Assembly: GCA_045805285.1 (NCBI GenBank)
Contig: JBJMLN010000038.1
Span: 13,232 to 77,231, forward strand
Length of the DNA: 64,000 nucleotides
From: Actinomycetota bacterium
GTDB taxonomy: Bacteria > Actinomycetota > UBA4738 > JBJMLN01
Direction: 5' to 3'
Positions 9,435 through 19,127 of this stretch are shown here, in pieces. The number at the start of each line of letters is the position of its first letter. The first letter of the stretch is position 1. The position numbers and the translations under genes were made by a program. The notes beneath the pieces are model-generated. The model had not been told where the DNA came from and did no database searches. It saw only the letters and a list, made by a program, of their open reading frames with translations.

Positions 9435-9905
9435 ATGGCGACCGCAACCTTCGCGGCCGGATGTTTCTGGCAGGTGGAGGCCGAGTTCCGCCAGACCCCG
9501 GGAGTGCTCGCCACAGAGGTGGGCTACTCGGGCGGCATCACGGAGAACCCGACCTATCGCGACGTCTGCACCGACCGGACCGGCCACGCCGAGGTCGTTC
9601 GCGTGGAGTTCGATCCCGAGAAGATCTCCTACGAGAATCTCCTGGACGTCTTCTGGGGACTCCACGACCCGACCACCGTCAACCGGCAGGGGCCCGACGT
9701 CGGATCCCAGTACCGGTCGGCGATCTACGTCCACGACGCCGAGCAGAAGGACGTCGCCGAGGCGTCCAAGGCGCGGGCGCAGGAGCACTTCTCGCGCCCG
9801 ATCGTGACGGAGATCACCCCGGCCGAGGAGTTCTACCCGGCCGAGGACTACCACCAGCGCTACCTGGAGAAGCGCGGCCTGGCGACCTGCAGGATCCCCT
9901 CCTAG
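9435..9905 (+). CDS. msrA: Peptide methionine (S)-sulfoxide reductase
   Basis: [13 protein letters not shown] active site, [19 protein letters not shown] sits 9 nt upstream of the ATG. Confidence 0.9.
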   Translation: MATATFAAGCFWQVEAEFRQTPGVLATEVGYSGGITENPTYRDVCTDRTGHAEVVRVEFDPEKISYENLLDVFWGLHDPTTVNRQGPDVGSQYRSAIYVHDAEQKDVAEASKARAQEHFSRPIVTEITPAEEFYPAEDYHQRYLEKRGLATCRIPS

Positions 9906-9959
9906 CCGTTCGCCCGGCTCTTCCCCTTTCCGATCCGATCGAACGGAGGCTGACGCTCC

Positions 9960-10364
9960 ATGGACACACGCATCACCCGAACCGAGGAGGACTGGCGCTC
10001 GCGCCTGACGCCGGAGCAGTACGAGGTCCTGCGTCTGAAGGGCACCGAGCGCCCGTTCACCGGCAAGTACGCGTTCGAGAAGCGCGACGGAAGCTACCGG
10101 TGCGCGGCGTGCGGCGCCGAGCTCTTCTCCTCGGACACCAAGTTCGAATCCGGCACCGGGTGGCCGAGCTTCACCGAGCCGGTCAACCGCGAGAACGTCG
10201 AGCTCGTCGACGACGACAGCTACGGGATGCGCCGCACCGAGGTCAACTGTGCCCGTTGCGGCTCGCACCTCGGTCACGTGTTCGACGACGGCCCGGCACC
10301 GACCGGACAGCGGTACTGCATGAACTCGATCTCCCTCGAGTTCGCGGAGCGCTCCGAGGCGTAG
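9960..10364 (+). CDS. msrB: Peptide methionine (R)-sulfoxide reductase
   Basis: CAACGAELF ... CARCGSHLGHVFDDGP zinc/active-site motifs; 134 aa. Confidence 0.9.
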   Translation: MDTRITRTEEDWRSRLTPEQYEVLRLKGTERPFTGKYAFEKRDGSYRCAACGAELFSSDTKFESGTGWPSFTEPVNRENVELVDDDSYGMRRTEVNCARCGSHLGHVFDDGPAPTGQRYCMNSISLEFAERSEA

Positions 10365-10560
10365 GCCTCGGGGGTTCCGACCTTCGCCGGGCGGCAGCGG
10401 CCGTCCGGCCGGAGGCGCTCCTTTCCCGGGCGGGGCTGGTACTGTCCCCGCGGTAGTTGTCGAGGACAACGCTTTCCCGAACACAATCCCTTCCCCGCCG
10501 TCCGGGTACGAGCACGTCCCGATGCCGGAGCGAGCCCTGCGCGGGCACTGGGAGGTCGCG

Positions 10561-11553
10561 ATGAATCGACGAGAGATGCTGAAGACGAGCGCCGCCGCGG
10601 CAGGCGGGCTGCTCCTACCGGAGATCCTCGGGGGCGGCGAGCAGGCCTCAGCGAGCATGACGGACGCGAGATGCCTCTGGGGCGCGTACGCTGAGCCGCC
10701 TCGGGGCAAGACCACCCCGTACGCGTACACGCTGCTCGAGAACAAGATCGGGCGGAAGCTTGCCGTGACGCGTCACTATCTGCCGTTCGACGCGCAGCTC
10801 CCCGGAAGCTCCATCCAATGGAGCGCCAACGGTGGCCGGCTGCCGTACATCTCCTTCAAGGCCAGGCGCCACAACGGCGACCCCGTCCAATGGGCGGCGA
10901 TCGCGTCCGGACGCTACGACCGGTTCCTCCACGAGCAGGGTGTGCGCCTGCGGGACTGGAACAAGCCCGCGTACATCTGCTTCCACCACGAGCCGGAGGA
11001 CGATCCGGACTGCGGGACGCCGGCGGAGTTCGTCCGCGCGCACACGCGGGTGCGCAACATCTTCCTGCGGGCCGGCGCGCGGAAGCTCGCGTGGGTCGTG
11101 ACGCTCATGGCCTCCACGTACGGTGGCGGACACGGCGGACCGTCTCCGTGGCTCCCCGATGAGTTCCGGATGCTCGGTGTCGACGGCTACAACCGTTTCC
11201 CATGCATCGGCTCGCGCTCGAAACATCCCTGGAAGCCGTTCTGGGAGATCTTCGGTCCGGCTCGCCAGCACGCCGCCGCGATCGGCAAGGGGATGTTCAT
11301 CGGCGAGGTCGGCTGCGTCGAGCAGAACGGCTGCGGCTACCACCTGGGCAACCCGGTCGCGAAGGCGAACTGGTTCAAGGGCATGGGTGCGACGCTGGAG
11401 AAGTGGTCGGAGGTCAGAGCGATCGTGTACACGAGTGCGCCGACGCGGCACGACGGCTATCCGATGGACTATCAGGTGGACAGCTCACTGGCCTCGCTCG
11501 CGGCATTCCGGGCCGTCGGTCACCAGCCGCACTTCAACGGCGCGGGGATCTAG
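10561..11553 (+). CDS. Tat-secreted clan GH-A glycoside hydrolase (GH26/GH5 mannanase-like)
   Basis: Tat signal MNRREMLKTSAAAAGG. Acid/base region ICFHHEPEDD (NEP-like). Nucleophile region MFIGEVGC. GGGAGG is 5 nt upstream of the ATG. Confidence 0.6.
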   Translation: MNRREMLKTSAAAAGGLLLPEILGGGEQASASMTDARCLWGAYAEPPRGKTTPYAYTLLENKIGRKLAVTRHYLPFDAQLPGSSIQWSANGGRLPYISFKARRHNGDPVQWAAIASGRYDRFLHEQGVRLRDWNKPAYICFHHEPEDDPDCGTPAEFVRAHTRVRNIFLRAGARKLAWVVTLMASTYGGGHGGPSPWLPDEFRMLGVDGYNRFPCIGSRSKHPWKPFWEIFGPARQHAAAIGKGMFIGEVGCVEQNGCGYHLGNPVAKANWFKGMGATLEKWSEVRAIVYTSAPTRHDGYPMDYQVDSSLASLAAFRAVGHQPHFNGAGI

Positions 11554-11560
11554 CAGCGCG

Positions 11561-11971
11561 TCAGTGAACGGGGCAAGCGAGTCCGAAATGCACCCGCCGA
11601 TTCCCGAGCAGCGGCGGCTCGTAGCGGATCCTCGCGTGCGCGAAGACGTACTTCTGCTCGTGGGCGCACCATTTCCGGCCGTGGAGGACGATCTTCCCGT
11701 CGCGCTCGTGGAACGAGCCCTGGGCGCAGCTCGGCCGGCAGTCGTTCTGGTGGAATTCTCCCTCGCCAACCGCCCGATGCCGATGCCACTTCTGCCAGTG
11801 CAGGTGGTCGGAGTAGAAGGCCCCGTCCCCGCAGGCGAACAGGATCTGGCGCGGCTCGGTCTTCACGTGGGCACAGTCGTAGGTCGCAAAGGTCCAGGAA
11901 GCGGCGGACGCCGGGACGGCGGAAAGGAGCAGGACCGGAACGACCGCGAGCGCGAGGAGCGTCCGTCTCAC
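11561..11971 (-). CDS. Secreted Cys/His-rich hypothetical protein
   Basis: Signal-like RRTLLALAVVPVLLLSAVPASA, then a Cys-rich domain. Start is a guess (GTG); the ORF is open to 12040. Confidence 0.45.
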   Translation of the reverse strand: MRRTLLALAVVPVLLLSAVPASAASWTFATYDCAHVKTEPRQILFACGDGAFYSDHLHWQKWHRHRAVGEGEFHQNDCRPSCAQGSFHERDGKIVLHGRKWCAHEQKYVFAHARIRYEPPLLGNRRVHFGLACPVH

Positions 11972-12009
11972 CTGACCAGTGTGCGACGCGATCCCCCGAA
12001 AGGAAAGCC

Positions 12010-13218
12010 CTAGACGTCGGTGAACCGGGCGATCCCCCATCGCCGGTCGTTCGAGACCGTGGTGTAGCCGCCGGCCACGTAGATCTGCGAGCCGGTGACG
12101 AGGATGTCCCAGACGCCCGTATGGATCCGTCCGTGGAACGAAGGCACCCAGTCGTTCTGGAGATGACCGTCGAGGTCGAGGACGCAGAAGTGCAGCCGGT
12201 CGATGTGCTGGCCCGTCCGGATGTCGGGGACCCAGTCGAAGTGGCCACCGACGAGCAACCGACCTCCGCGGAGTGCCACGGCCTGCGCGTTCCCGTACAT
12301 CGAGAGCATCCAGAGGAGGTTCCCGGTGTCATCGGTCAGATCGAGCGCGAAGATGCGGTTGCTGCCGCCGGTGCCCACGAACAGCCGGTCGCACGTGACG
12401 GCGAGGTCGTACGGCGGCGCGTGGTCGGGCAGCTGTCCCGGGACGGGACCCCACGCGTCGAGCGCGCCGGACGTCGCGTCGAACATCGCGAGGCCGAAGC
12501 GCGGCTGGGTCGGCGTTGCCGGGCCGCCGGCGTTTCGGAACCCCCCGCCCGCGATCACGGAGCTGCCGTCACAGGTCAACGCGAGCGTGTGCGTCTGGCC
12601 GTCGGTCTTCGGACGCCAAACCGCGTCCAGGTTGCCTGCGGCGTCGAACGCGGCGAGGTGCCGGCGCGAGGCGCCGTCGATCTGCGTGAACCCTCCGGAG
12701 ACGTAGAGCCTCGTGGCAGACGCGACCATCCCGCGGATCTTGTCGCCGTTGTTGGATCCGACCACGGCGTCGACGTTCGGATCGAGGACGCCGGTGACCG
12801 GATCGACGGCCGCGAAATTCCTCCGTGCGGTTCCGTCGACGGCCGTGAACTGTCCGCCGAGGAAGAGCTTTCCGCCGAACCCTGCGAGCGCGTACACGGT
12901 CGAGTCCGTCCCCGTGACCATCGGATGGAAGCCCAGCACGGCGTCTCCGGTGGTGGCGTCGATCGCGGCGAGGTTCGAGACGGCGAGCGTCTTTCTCGGA
13001 CACGAGGTGTCCGGATCGCACGCGCTGATCTGCGTGAAGCTTCCCCCCAGATAGATCGTGTTTCCGCTCCGCACGACGGCGTAGACCACGCCGTTGACCT
13101 GCCACGTGTCGTCGGCGTGGACGGAGAGCGTCGCAGCCGCCGGGGCGGCCGCGATCGTGGCCAGCATGCCGGCGGAGAGCGCGAGGGTGAGAACAGTTGC
13201 GAGGGTTCTGCGGATCAC
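12010..13218 (-). CDS. Secreted beta-propeller repeat protein
   Basis: Signal peptide. Repeated ~50-aa units (IYLGGSF/LFLGGQF/LYVSGGF/IYVAGGY) typical of propeller blades. Confidence 0.65.
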   Translation of the reverse strand: MIRRTLATVLTLALSAGMLATIAAAPAAATLSVHADDTWQVNGVVYAVVRSGNTIYLGGSFTQISACDPDTSCPRKTLAVSNLAAIDATTGDAVLGFHPMVTGTDSTVYALAGFGGKLFLGGQFTAVDGTARRNFAAVDPVTGVLDPNVDAVVGSNNGDKIRGMVASATRLYVSGGFTQIDGASRRHLAAFDAAGNLDAVWRPKTDGQTHTLALTCDGSSVIAGGGFRNAGGPATPTQPRFGLAMFDATSGALDAWGPVPGQLPDHAPPYDLAVTCDRLFVGTGGSNRIFALDLTDDTGNLLWMLSMYGNAQAVALRGGRLLVGGHFDWVPDIRTGQHIDRLHFCVLDLDGHLQNDWVPSFHGRIHTGVWDILVTGSQIYVAGGYTTVSNDRRWGIARFTDV

Positions 13219-13364
13219 GGGAGTGCCTCCGAAACGGGGAAGTAGGACGGTTCGGGGACGGTAGCGCAGCGTGGGTGAGGTTCACCACGGCCGAAAGACC
13301 GTGACCGAAAGTCTCGCGTGCACCGGCGCACCTGTGGATCGGTCCCGCCGGTACGCTGCGGACC

Positions 13365-13802
13365 ATGCCCGCAGAGGGAACGGCGTTGAACATCGAGCCG
13401 TACCTGGAGGCGCACGCGTTCGTCCGCGTCGAGCGGCCTCCCGAGATCTGGGAAGTGGAGTGCTCCGAAAAGGCGTTCCTGGGCGTCCTCGGAGAATCGA
13501 TCGTTGCGGGGCTCGCGCGTGGCAACTCCCTCGGAGACCTCCTGCTGAACGTCTCCAACGTGGTCGTGGAGGACGACGCGCCCGGAGCGGCTCCTCCCCG
13601 GGGACGCTTCGTCGCGCTGTCGGTCTCCGGGGCCGGCGACTGGGAGCCCGAGCTCGTGTGGACCTCCGAGCGCCCGGTGATCCGCGGCGTCGTCGGCGCC
13701 GACCTCGACGCGGCCTTCCGCGCCGCGGGCGTCCCGTACACGTACGTTCGCGTGGGACGCGAGGGCGGCTCCCTCGGTGCGTACCTCCGCGCGACCGGGT
13801 AG
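13365..13802 (+). CDS. Hypothetical protein
   Basis: 145-aa ORF with coding-like GC3 and no recognisable motif. Weak RBS. Confidence 0.35.
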   Translation: MPAEGTALNIEPYLEAHAFVRVERPPEIWEVECSEKAFLGVLGESIVAGLARGNSLGDLLLNVSNVVVEDDAPGAAPPRGRFVALSVSGAGDWEPELVWTSERPVIRGVVGADLDAAFRAAGVPYTYVRVGREGGSLGAYLRATG

Positions 13803-13839
13803 CTCCCCGTCGGGGGAGGGAGTTGCTACGGTTCGGCGG

Positions 13840-14892
13840 ATGGCCCGGTGGCGCCTCTGCCTCGCGTGCCTCGCGACCGCCCTGACGCTCGCGGCGTGCA
13901 CGGGTTCGACCCAAGAGCATCGGGCGCCTTCCGTGACGGGCGCGAGCGGAACGATCCTCGCCGCCGCCGGATCCGGCACCGGACGCGTCGTAGGCTTCGG
14001 CCTGCCGTCGGAGAGCGTTGGCACCATCGGCGCGCTCGGCGCGATCCCGAGCGCCACCTACACGGTGACGCACGCCGCCGCGCCGGATCCACGGGGCGGC
14101 ATCGACCTCCTCTCGGCGGACCGGCACGGCATCGTGGCGGTGTACCGAGTGTCCTCCGACGGTTCAGCGTCGCCGTACGGGCCGACGCTTCGCATCGGAA
14201 CGCCGAAGCCGTACGCGTCCCTCGACGTCGCGAACGGCGTCGCCGCGGTCGCGGACTGTCGTGCGGTCCGCATCCTCTCGGTGTCGCGCCCGGCCGGATG
14301 GAGAACCGTCGCACCCGGGTGCTGGGCCGCGCTCTCCCCCGATGCTCATTCGCTGGCGTACTCATCCGACGGCGCGACGATCGAGGAGAAGCAGCTCCCG
14401 GACGGACGCCCGCGCACGCTGGTCGATGCGGAGCAGCTGTCGTCGGCGTTCCCGAGCGGGTCGCCTCCACCCTCGCTGGTCGGACCGCCCACGTGGGGAC
14501 CTCCCGGCCTCGCGTTCACGGTGCGATCCGGAAGCAATGTCGCTGTGCTGCTGCTGAACGGCTCACGCCATCTCGAGCCCGTGCTGCACGAGGAGTACGC
14601 GAGCACCTCCCAGCTCCCGAGGATGGCGTGGCAGCCGAACGGCGACCGCCTGGCGATCGCGGACAACATGGGCCCGGAAGGCGGCGTCCTGCGCGTGTTC
14701 GATCCGGCGACCCGAGAGCTCCGCGCGATCGGGCTCGATCTGCTCGGCTTCTCCGAGCCCGTGTGGTCGCCCGACGGCCGGTCCCTCGCGAGCCTCACGT
14801 CGGCGAAGGCGTTGATCGTGTTCGACGTCGCGGGCGACTGGCGCCTCCGCGTGGAGACGACGTGGAGCGACCTCCTCGGGTGGGAGGCGTGA
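13840..14892 (+). CDS. Lipoprotein, TolB/PD40-like beta-propeller
   Basis: Lipobox LTLAAC after MARWRLCLACLATA. Repeated WSPDG/WQPNGDRLA PD40 motifs. Confidence 0.65.
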   Translation: MARWRLCLACLATALTLAACTGSTQEHRAPSVTGASGTILAAAGSGTGRVVGFGLPSESVGTIGALGAIPSATYTVTHAAAPDPRGGIDLLSADRHGIVAVYRVSSDGSASPYGPTLRIGTPKPYASLDVANGVAAVADCRAVRILSVSRPAGWRTVAPGCWAALSPDAHSLAYSSDGATIEEKQLPDGRPRTLVDAEQLSSAFPSGSPPPSLVGPPTWGPPGLAFTVRSGSNVAVLLLNGSRHLEPVLHEEYASTSQLPRMAWQPNGDRLAIADNMGPEGGVLRVFDPATRELRAIGLDLLGFSEPVWSPDGRSLASLTSAKALIVFDVAGDWRLRVETTWSDLLGWEA

Positions 14893-14896
14893 CGCC

Positions 14897-17554
14897 GTGA
14901 CCCGAACGAGGATGTCGCCGTCGCTCCGTCGGGTGGGCGTGCTGGTTCACTACCCCGCGATCCTCGCCGCGGTCGTGGGCTCCGCGGCGATCCTCGCGCT
15001 CTCCGCGGCGGGAGGACCGCTGTTCCGTTCGTCGGCTGGTTCGGCAGTCGTACGCGAGGGGATCCGCGGCCAGGGAGGGCTCGCGCTGGCGGTCTCGGCG
15101 AGCGGCGTCCTTTCCTCCGACATCGTCTCGTACCGCGAGCGAGCGCTGGATGCGGAGACGGCGCGCGTTCCGAGTCTCGGCCCGGAGACGACGTCGCTGA
15201 TCGGCTCGACGGCACGAGTGCTGCCACCCACGCCGGATGTGCGCGCGGTGAAGGTTCGTCCACTGGCGCGGACGGGGTTCGGCGCCCACATCGAGGTCGT
15301 CGCGCGAGCTTCGCAGGTCGAGAACGGCGTCTGGCTGCCGGACGTCGCGGCTCGCGTGTTGCACGTCGAGCCGGGCGACCGGATCACCCTGGCCATGGGA
15401 CCGTTCACCGTGGATGCGCGGATCGCGGGGGTGTACGGCGCGCTCGTCGGTCGCGTGCCCACCTACTGGGCGCCGGTCGCACGAGCGATCTATGCCGCCG
15501 ACCCGAAGGCTCCACCTCCGCCGCCGCCGCTGCTGATGGACGAGGGGGAGTTCCTCCACGTCACGACCGCGCTCCAGGACTCCGGCGAGATGCAGTGGAG
15601 CTTCGACCTCACGCCGACGGCGCGTTCGACGCTCGACCTGAACTCCGCCGACTCGATCACCACCGCGCTCCGGCACATCGCGTCGCGCTCGCACGACCTG
15701 ACGACGCCGCTCGGTGTCGCACTCCAACAGCCGGCGGTCTCGTCCCCGCTCGACGGGCTCGTCCGCCGGGCTCGCACCGCGGAGAACTCGATCGCCGGCC
15801 CGGTCGGAACCCTGTCGCTGACCGGCATCCTCGTCGCGTTGGTGGGCGTGCTCGCAGCCGCGGTGTACGGCGTGCGCCGACGGCGGACGGAAGTTCGGAT
15901 ACTCAACGCGATCGGCATCTCGTGGACGCGTCTCGGAACGCGGTTCGCGGCCGAGGCGTTCGTTCCGCTCGCCGCCGGCGCAGCGCTCGGATGGCTCCTG
16001 GCCGGTGCCGCCGTCGGGGCGCTCGGTCCGTCCTCCGTGATCGGACCGGCGGCACGGAGCGACTCGCTCGAGGGCGTCGCAGCGGGCTTCGTCGTGGCGC
16101 TTCTCGTCTTCGCAGTCGTTGCCGCGATCGCCGGTCGCGTGGAGACCGACATGGCATCCTCGGCGCGGATGCGGTCCGCCGTGTCCGGAGCGCTGTGGGA
16201 GATCCCCGTGCTGATCCTCGCCGGCGCAGCTCTGTACGAGATCGGCGTGCGCGGAACCGCCCCGATCGAGGGAACGAACGGCACGGTGCACATCGATCGA
16301 CTCTTCCTGCTGTTCCCCTTGCTCTTCATCGCCGGGCTCGGCGGGCTCGCGGTGCGGGTCGTCTCCCGATTGCTTTCGGGCAGCAGGAGGCGGAGCGCCG
16401 GATGGCCGGTCTCGCTCTATCTCGCGTTCCGGCGGCTGGCGTCGGCGCCGCGCGTTGCACTCTTGCTTGTGACGGCCTCGACGCTCGCGGTCGGCATCCC
16501 GGCGTACGCCGGGACGGTGGTCGCGACGGTCCGGTCGGCTGCCTTCGACAAGACGATGGTCGCTGTGGGCTCCGACGTCGCGGCGTCGCACGGCGCGGGC
16601 CTCATCCTCCCGCCGGCGGGACGGCCTGCGGCACTCACGAGCGTCGTCACGATCCCCGGAAGCCTCTCGGAGGGTGCGGAGGAAGGCCGCCGCACGAACG
16701 TGATCGCGATCGATCCGTCGACGTTCGCGGGCGCCGCGTTCTGGGATCGGAGCTTCTCGTCGAGCTCCCTTCAGGACCTGCTTGCTGAACTGTCACGGCC
16801 GCAGGGTTCCACGGTGCCGATGCTCGTCGTGAACGGTCGAGCGTCTCCGGGAGCGACGGTGACGATCGCCGGCTATCCGATCCCCGTCGACGTCGTCGAC
16901 ACGCCGAGCGCCTTCCCCGGCGAGCATGCCGGCGTGAACCTCGTCGTCTCCGCGCCGGCGTTGCAGCAGACGCTCGGATCGCACGGGGTCACGTTCGACT
17001 CCGTCGGCGCCGCGTACCAGACGTGGGCGCGCGGGAACCCGGCGCAGGCGACCGCGTATTTCAAGTCGCTCGGCATCTCCCCGCAGCTGATCGCCTCTGC
17101 GTCGGAGCGGTTGCACGCGCCGGATCTCCGCGCGCTGTCGTGGGCATTCGGCTTCATGGAGGTGCTCGGCGCCGTCACGGCGCTCGTCGCCTTGATCGGG
17201 CTCGTGCTCTACCTCCAGGCGCGCCAGCGCGGGCGGGAGATGAGCTTCGCGCTCAGCTCGCGGATGGGCCTCTCCTCCGGCGCGCATCTCGTCGCCGTCG
17301 GCACCGAGCTGCTCTTCATCCTGCTGACGGCCCTCGTACTCGGTGCCGCGCTCGCGACCGCAGCGGCTGCGCTCGTGTATCGCCAGCTCGATCCGCTGCC
17401 CTCGCTCCCGCCGAGCGCGCTGCTGCGCTTTCCCTTCGCGCTCATCGCGGAGATCAGCGGCGTCATCGCACTCAGCACGCTCGCCGGCGCGTGGATCGTG
17501 CACGTGCGGACCCAACACGCGAACATCGCGAAGGTGATGCGCTTTGCCGACTGA
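14897..17554 (+). CDS. ABC transporter permease with two fused FtsX-like domains (885 aa)
   Basis: Two 4-TM FtsX-type blocks separated by large extracytoplasmic regions. GTG start with GGGAGG upstream. Stop overlaps the next gene start. Confidence 0.75.
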   Translation: MTRTRMSPSLRRVGVLVHYPAILAAVVGSAAILALSAAGGPLFRSSAGSAVVREGIRGQGGLALAVSASGVLSSDIVSYRERALDAETARVPSLGPETTSLIGSTARVLPPTPDVRAVKVRPLARTGFGAHIEVVARASQVENGVWLPDVAARVLHVEPGDRITLAMGPFTVDARIAGVYGALVGRVPTYWAPVARAIYAADPKAPPPPPPLLMDEGEFLHVTTALQDSGEMQWSFDLTPTARSTLDLNSADSITTALRHIASRSHDLTTPLGVALQQPAVSSPLDGLVRRARTAENSIAGPVGTLSLTGILVALVGVLAAAVYGVRRRRTEVRILNAIGISWTRLGTRFAAEAFVPLAAGAALGWLLAGAAVGALGPSSVIGPAARSDSLEGVAAGFVVALLVFAVVAAIAGRVETDMASSARMRSAVSGALWEIPVLILAGAALYEIGVRGTAPIEGTNGTVHIDRLFLLFPLLFIAGLGGLAVRVVSRLLSGSRRRSAGWPVSLYLAFRRLASAPRVALLLVTASTLAVGIPAYAGTVVATVRSAAFDKTMVAVGSDVAASHGAGLILPPAGRPAALTSVVTIPGSLSEGAEEGRRTNVIAIDPSTFAGAAFWDRSFSSSSLQDLLAELSRPQGSTVPMLVVNGRASPGATVTIAGYPIPVDVVDTPSAFPGEHAGVNLVVSAPALQQTLGSHGVTFDSVGAAYQTWARGNPAQATAYFKSLGISPQLIASASERLHAPDLRALSWAFGFMEVLGAVTALVALIGLVLYLQARQRGREMSFALSSRMGLSSGAHLVAVGTELLFILLTALVLGAALATAAAALVYRQLDPLPSLPPSALLRFPFALIAEISGVIALSTLAGAWIVHVRTQHANIAKVMRFAD

Positions 17555-18380
17555 GACGGAGGCCCGCTCCGATCTCGCCGCGTCGTGCGACGGCGTGGTG
17601 AAGATCTATTACACGCTCGCCGGCGAGGTCGCGGCGCTGAAGGGCGTCGACCTGCGGTTCCCGGCGTCGTCGCTCTCCGCCGTGATCGGTCCCTCGGGCT
17701 CGGGAAAGTCCTCGCTCCTGCGGATTATCGGCGGCTTCGACCGCCCGACGGCGGGAAGCGTCCGCCTCGGCGACGCCGAAACGAGCGGCATGCGGGCGCG
17801 CGATCTGCGGAAACTCCGCCGGCGAACGGTCGGGTACGTCTTCCAGCGACCAGCCGACAACCTGGTGCCGTATCTCTCGGTTCTCGAGCATCTCCGCCAG
17901 GCGGCGCGGATCCGAGGACGCCTCCAGGGCTGGCGCTCCGACGCCGAGGAGATCCTCTCCGCGCTCGGGCTCTCGGAGCGCGCCGGCCGTCTCCCGCGAG
18001 AGCTCTCCGGCGGAGAGCAGCAGCGAGCGGCATTCGCCGCTGCGGCCATGGGGAACCCCGCGATCGTGATCGCGGATGAGCCGACGGGCGAGCTCGACTC
18101 CGAGTCGACGGAGGATCTGTTGCGGTCGGTCGCGGCCCTGGCCGGGCGGAACACCGCCTTCATCATCGCGACGCACGACGCAGCCGTCGTTCGCGCCGCG
18201 GAACGGACGTATCTGTTGCGTCACGGCTCCGTCGCGGCGGAGTCGCGCGAGGACCGCTCACTCTCCGTGATCGACGCCGACGGCCGGATCCAGCTCCCGC
18301 CAGGATGGAACGACCTCTTTCCCGCGGGTCGCGCCGAGATCGTGGTGGAGGACGAGTCCATGAGGATCGTGCCGCCATGA
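17544..18380 (+). CDS. ABC transporter ATP-binding protein (canonical motifs)
   Basis: Walker A GPSGSGKSS, signature LSGGEQQR, Walker B IVIADEPT, H-loop ATHD. TTG start overlaps the permease stop. Confidence 0.8.
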   Translation: MPTETEARSDLAASCDGVVKIYYTLAGEVAALKGVDLRFPASSLSAVIGPSGSGKSSLLRIIGGFDRPTAGSVRLGDAETSGMRARDLRKLRRRTVGYVFQRPADNLVPYLSVLEHLRQAARIRGRLQGWRSDAEEILSALGLSERAGRLPRELSGGEQQRAAFAAAAMGNPAIVIADEPTGELDSESTEDLLRSVAALAGRNTAFIIATHDAAVVRAAERTYLLRHGSVAAESREDRSLSVIDADGRIQLPPGWNDLFPAGRAEIVVEDESMRIVPP

Positions 18381-19066
18381 GACGCGAACAGGATCTCGCG
18401 GATGCGGATGCACAGCCTCCGTTGCTCGTCGGTCGCGATCTGCGAAAAGAGTACCGCCGCGGCCCGGAGGTGGTGCATGCGTTGCGAGGCGCCGATCTCG
18501 AGGTTGAAGCCGGCGAAGTCGTCGCGCTGATGGGTCCGTCGGGATCGGGGAAGACGACGCTGCTGAACGTGCTCTGCGGATGGGAGCGGCCCGACGGCGG
18601 AACGCTCGCGTGGCGGGGTTCGGCGATCGAGTCTCCGTCGGAGCTCCCGTGGTCGGACGTAGCGATCGTTCCCCAGGACGTGGCGTTGCTGGAGGAGCTC
18701 TCGATCGGCGAGAACGTGGAGCTGCCGTTGCGCCTCTCGGGCACCCTCAGGACGGAGGGACCGGACGCGGCCCTTTCGCTGATCGATGCGCTCGGTCTGT
18801 CGCAGCTCGCGGCCCGACCGCCGGGGGAGGCATCGCTCGGCGAGCAACAGCGCGCATCGATCGCGCGGGCGCTGGTCGTCGGGCCACGCCTGCTGCTCGC
18901 CGACGAACCGACGGCGCATCAGGACGAGCTCTGGGTCAAAGGAGTGCTGACGGCGCTCCGAGCCGCCGCGGCGCGCGGAACCGCCTCACTCCTGGCGACG
19001 CACAGCCAGGAGATCAAGGAGCACGTGGACCGGGTGCTCACGATCCGCGACGGCGTGCTGGAGTAG
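18377..19066 (+). CDS. Second ABC ATP-binding protein with a degenerate signature motif
   Basis: Walker A GPSGSGKTT, Walker B LLLADEPT, H-loop ATHS. Signature is ASLGEQQR rather than LSGGQ. ATGA overlap with the upstream ATPase. Confidence 0.75.
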   Translation: MRREQDLADADAQPPLLVGRDLRKEYRRGPEVVHALRGADLEVEAGEVVALMGPSGSGKTTLLNVLCGWERPDGGTLAWRGSAIESPSELPWSDVAIVPQDVALLEELSIGENVELPLRLSGTLRTEGPDAALSLIDALGLSQLAARPPGEASLGEQQRASIARALVVGPRLLLADEPTAHQDELWVKGVLTALRAAAARGTASLLATHSQEIKEHVDRVLTIRDGVLE

Positions 19067-19127
19067 CTCCACAGCCAGCGCCTGCCCAGAGCTCGCGCGG
19101 CTCCGTCGGCAGTGGCATCCTTGCCCC

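Noticed and set aside
9435-10364. msrA-msrB tandem as something unusual
   Set aside because: It is a common, well-known arrangement and is listed as features only.
10365-10560. Possible terminator hairpin after msrB (GC-rich 10380..10440)
   Set aside because: Contains the short self-complementary CGGCCG but no convincing long stem followed by a T-tract, so it is not called.
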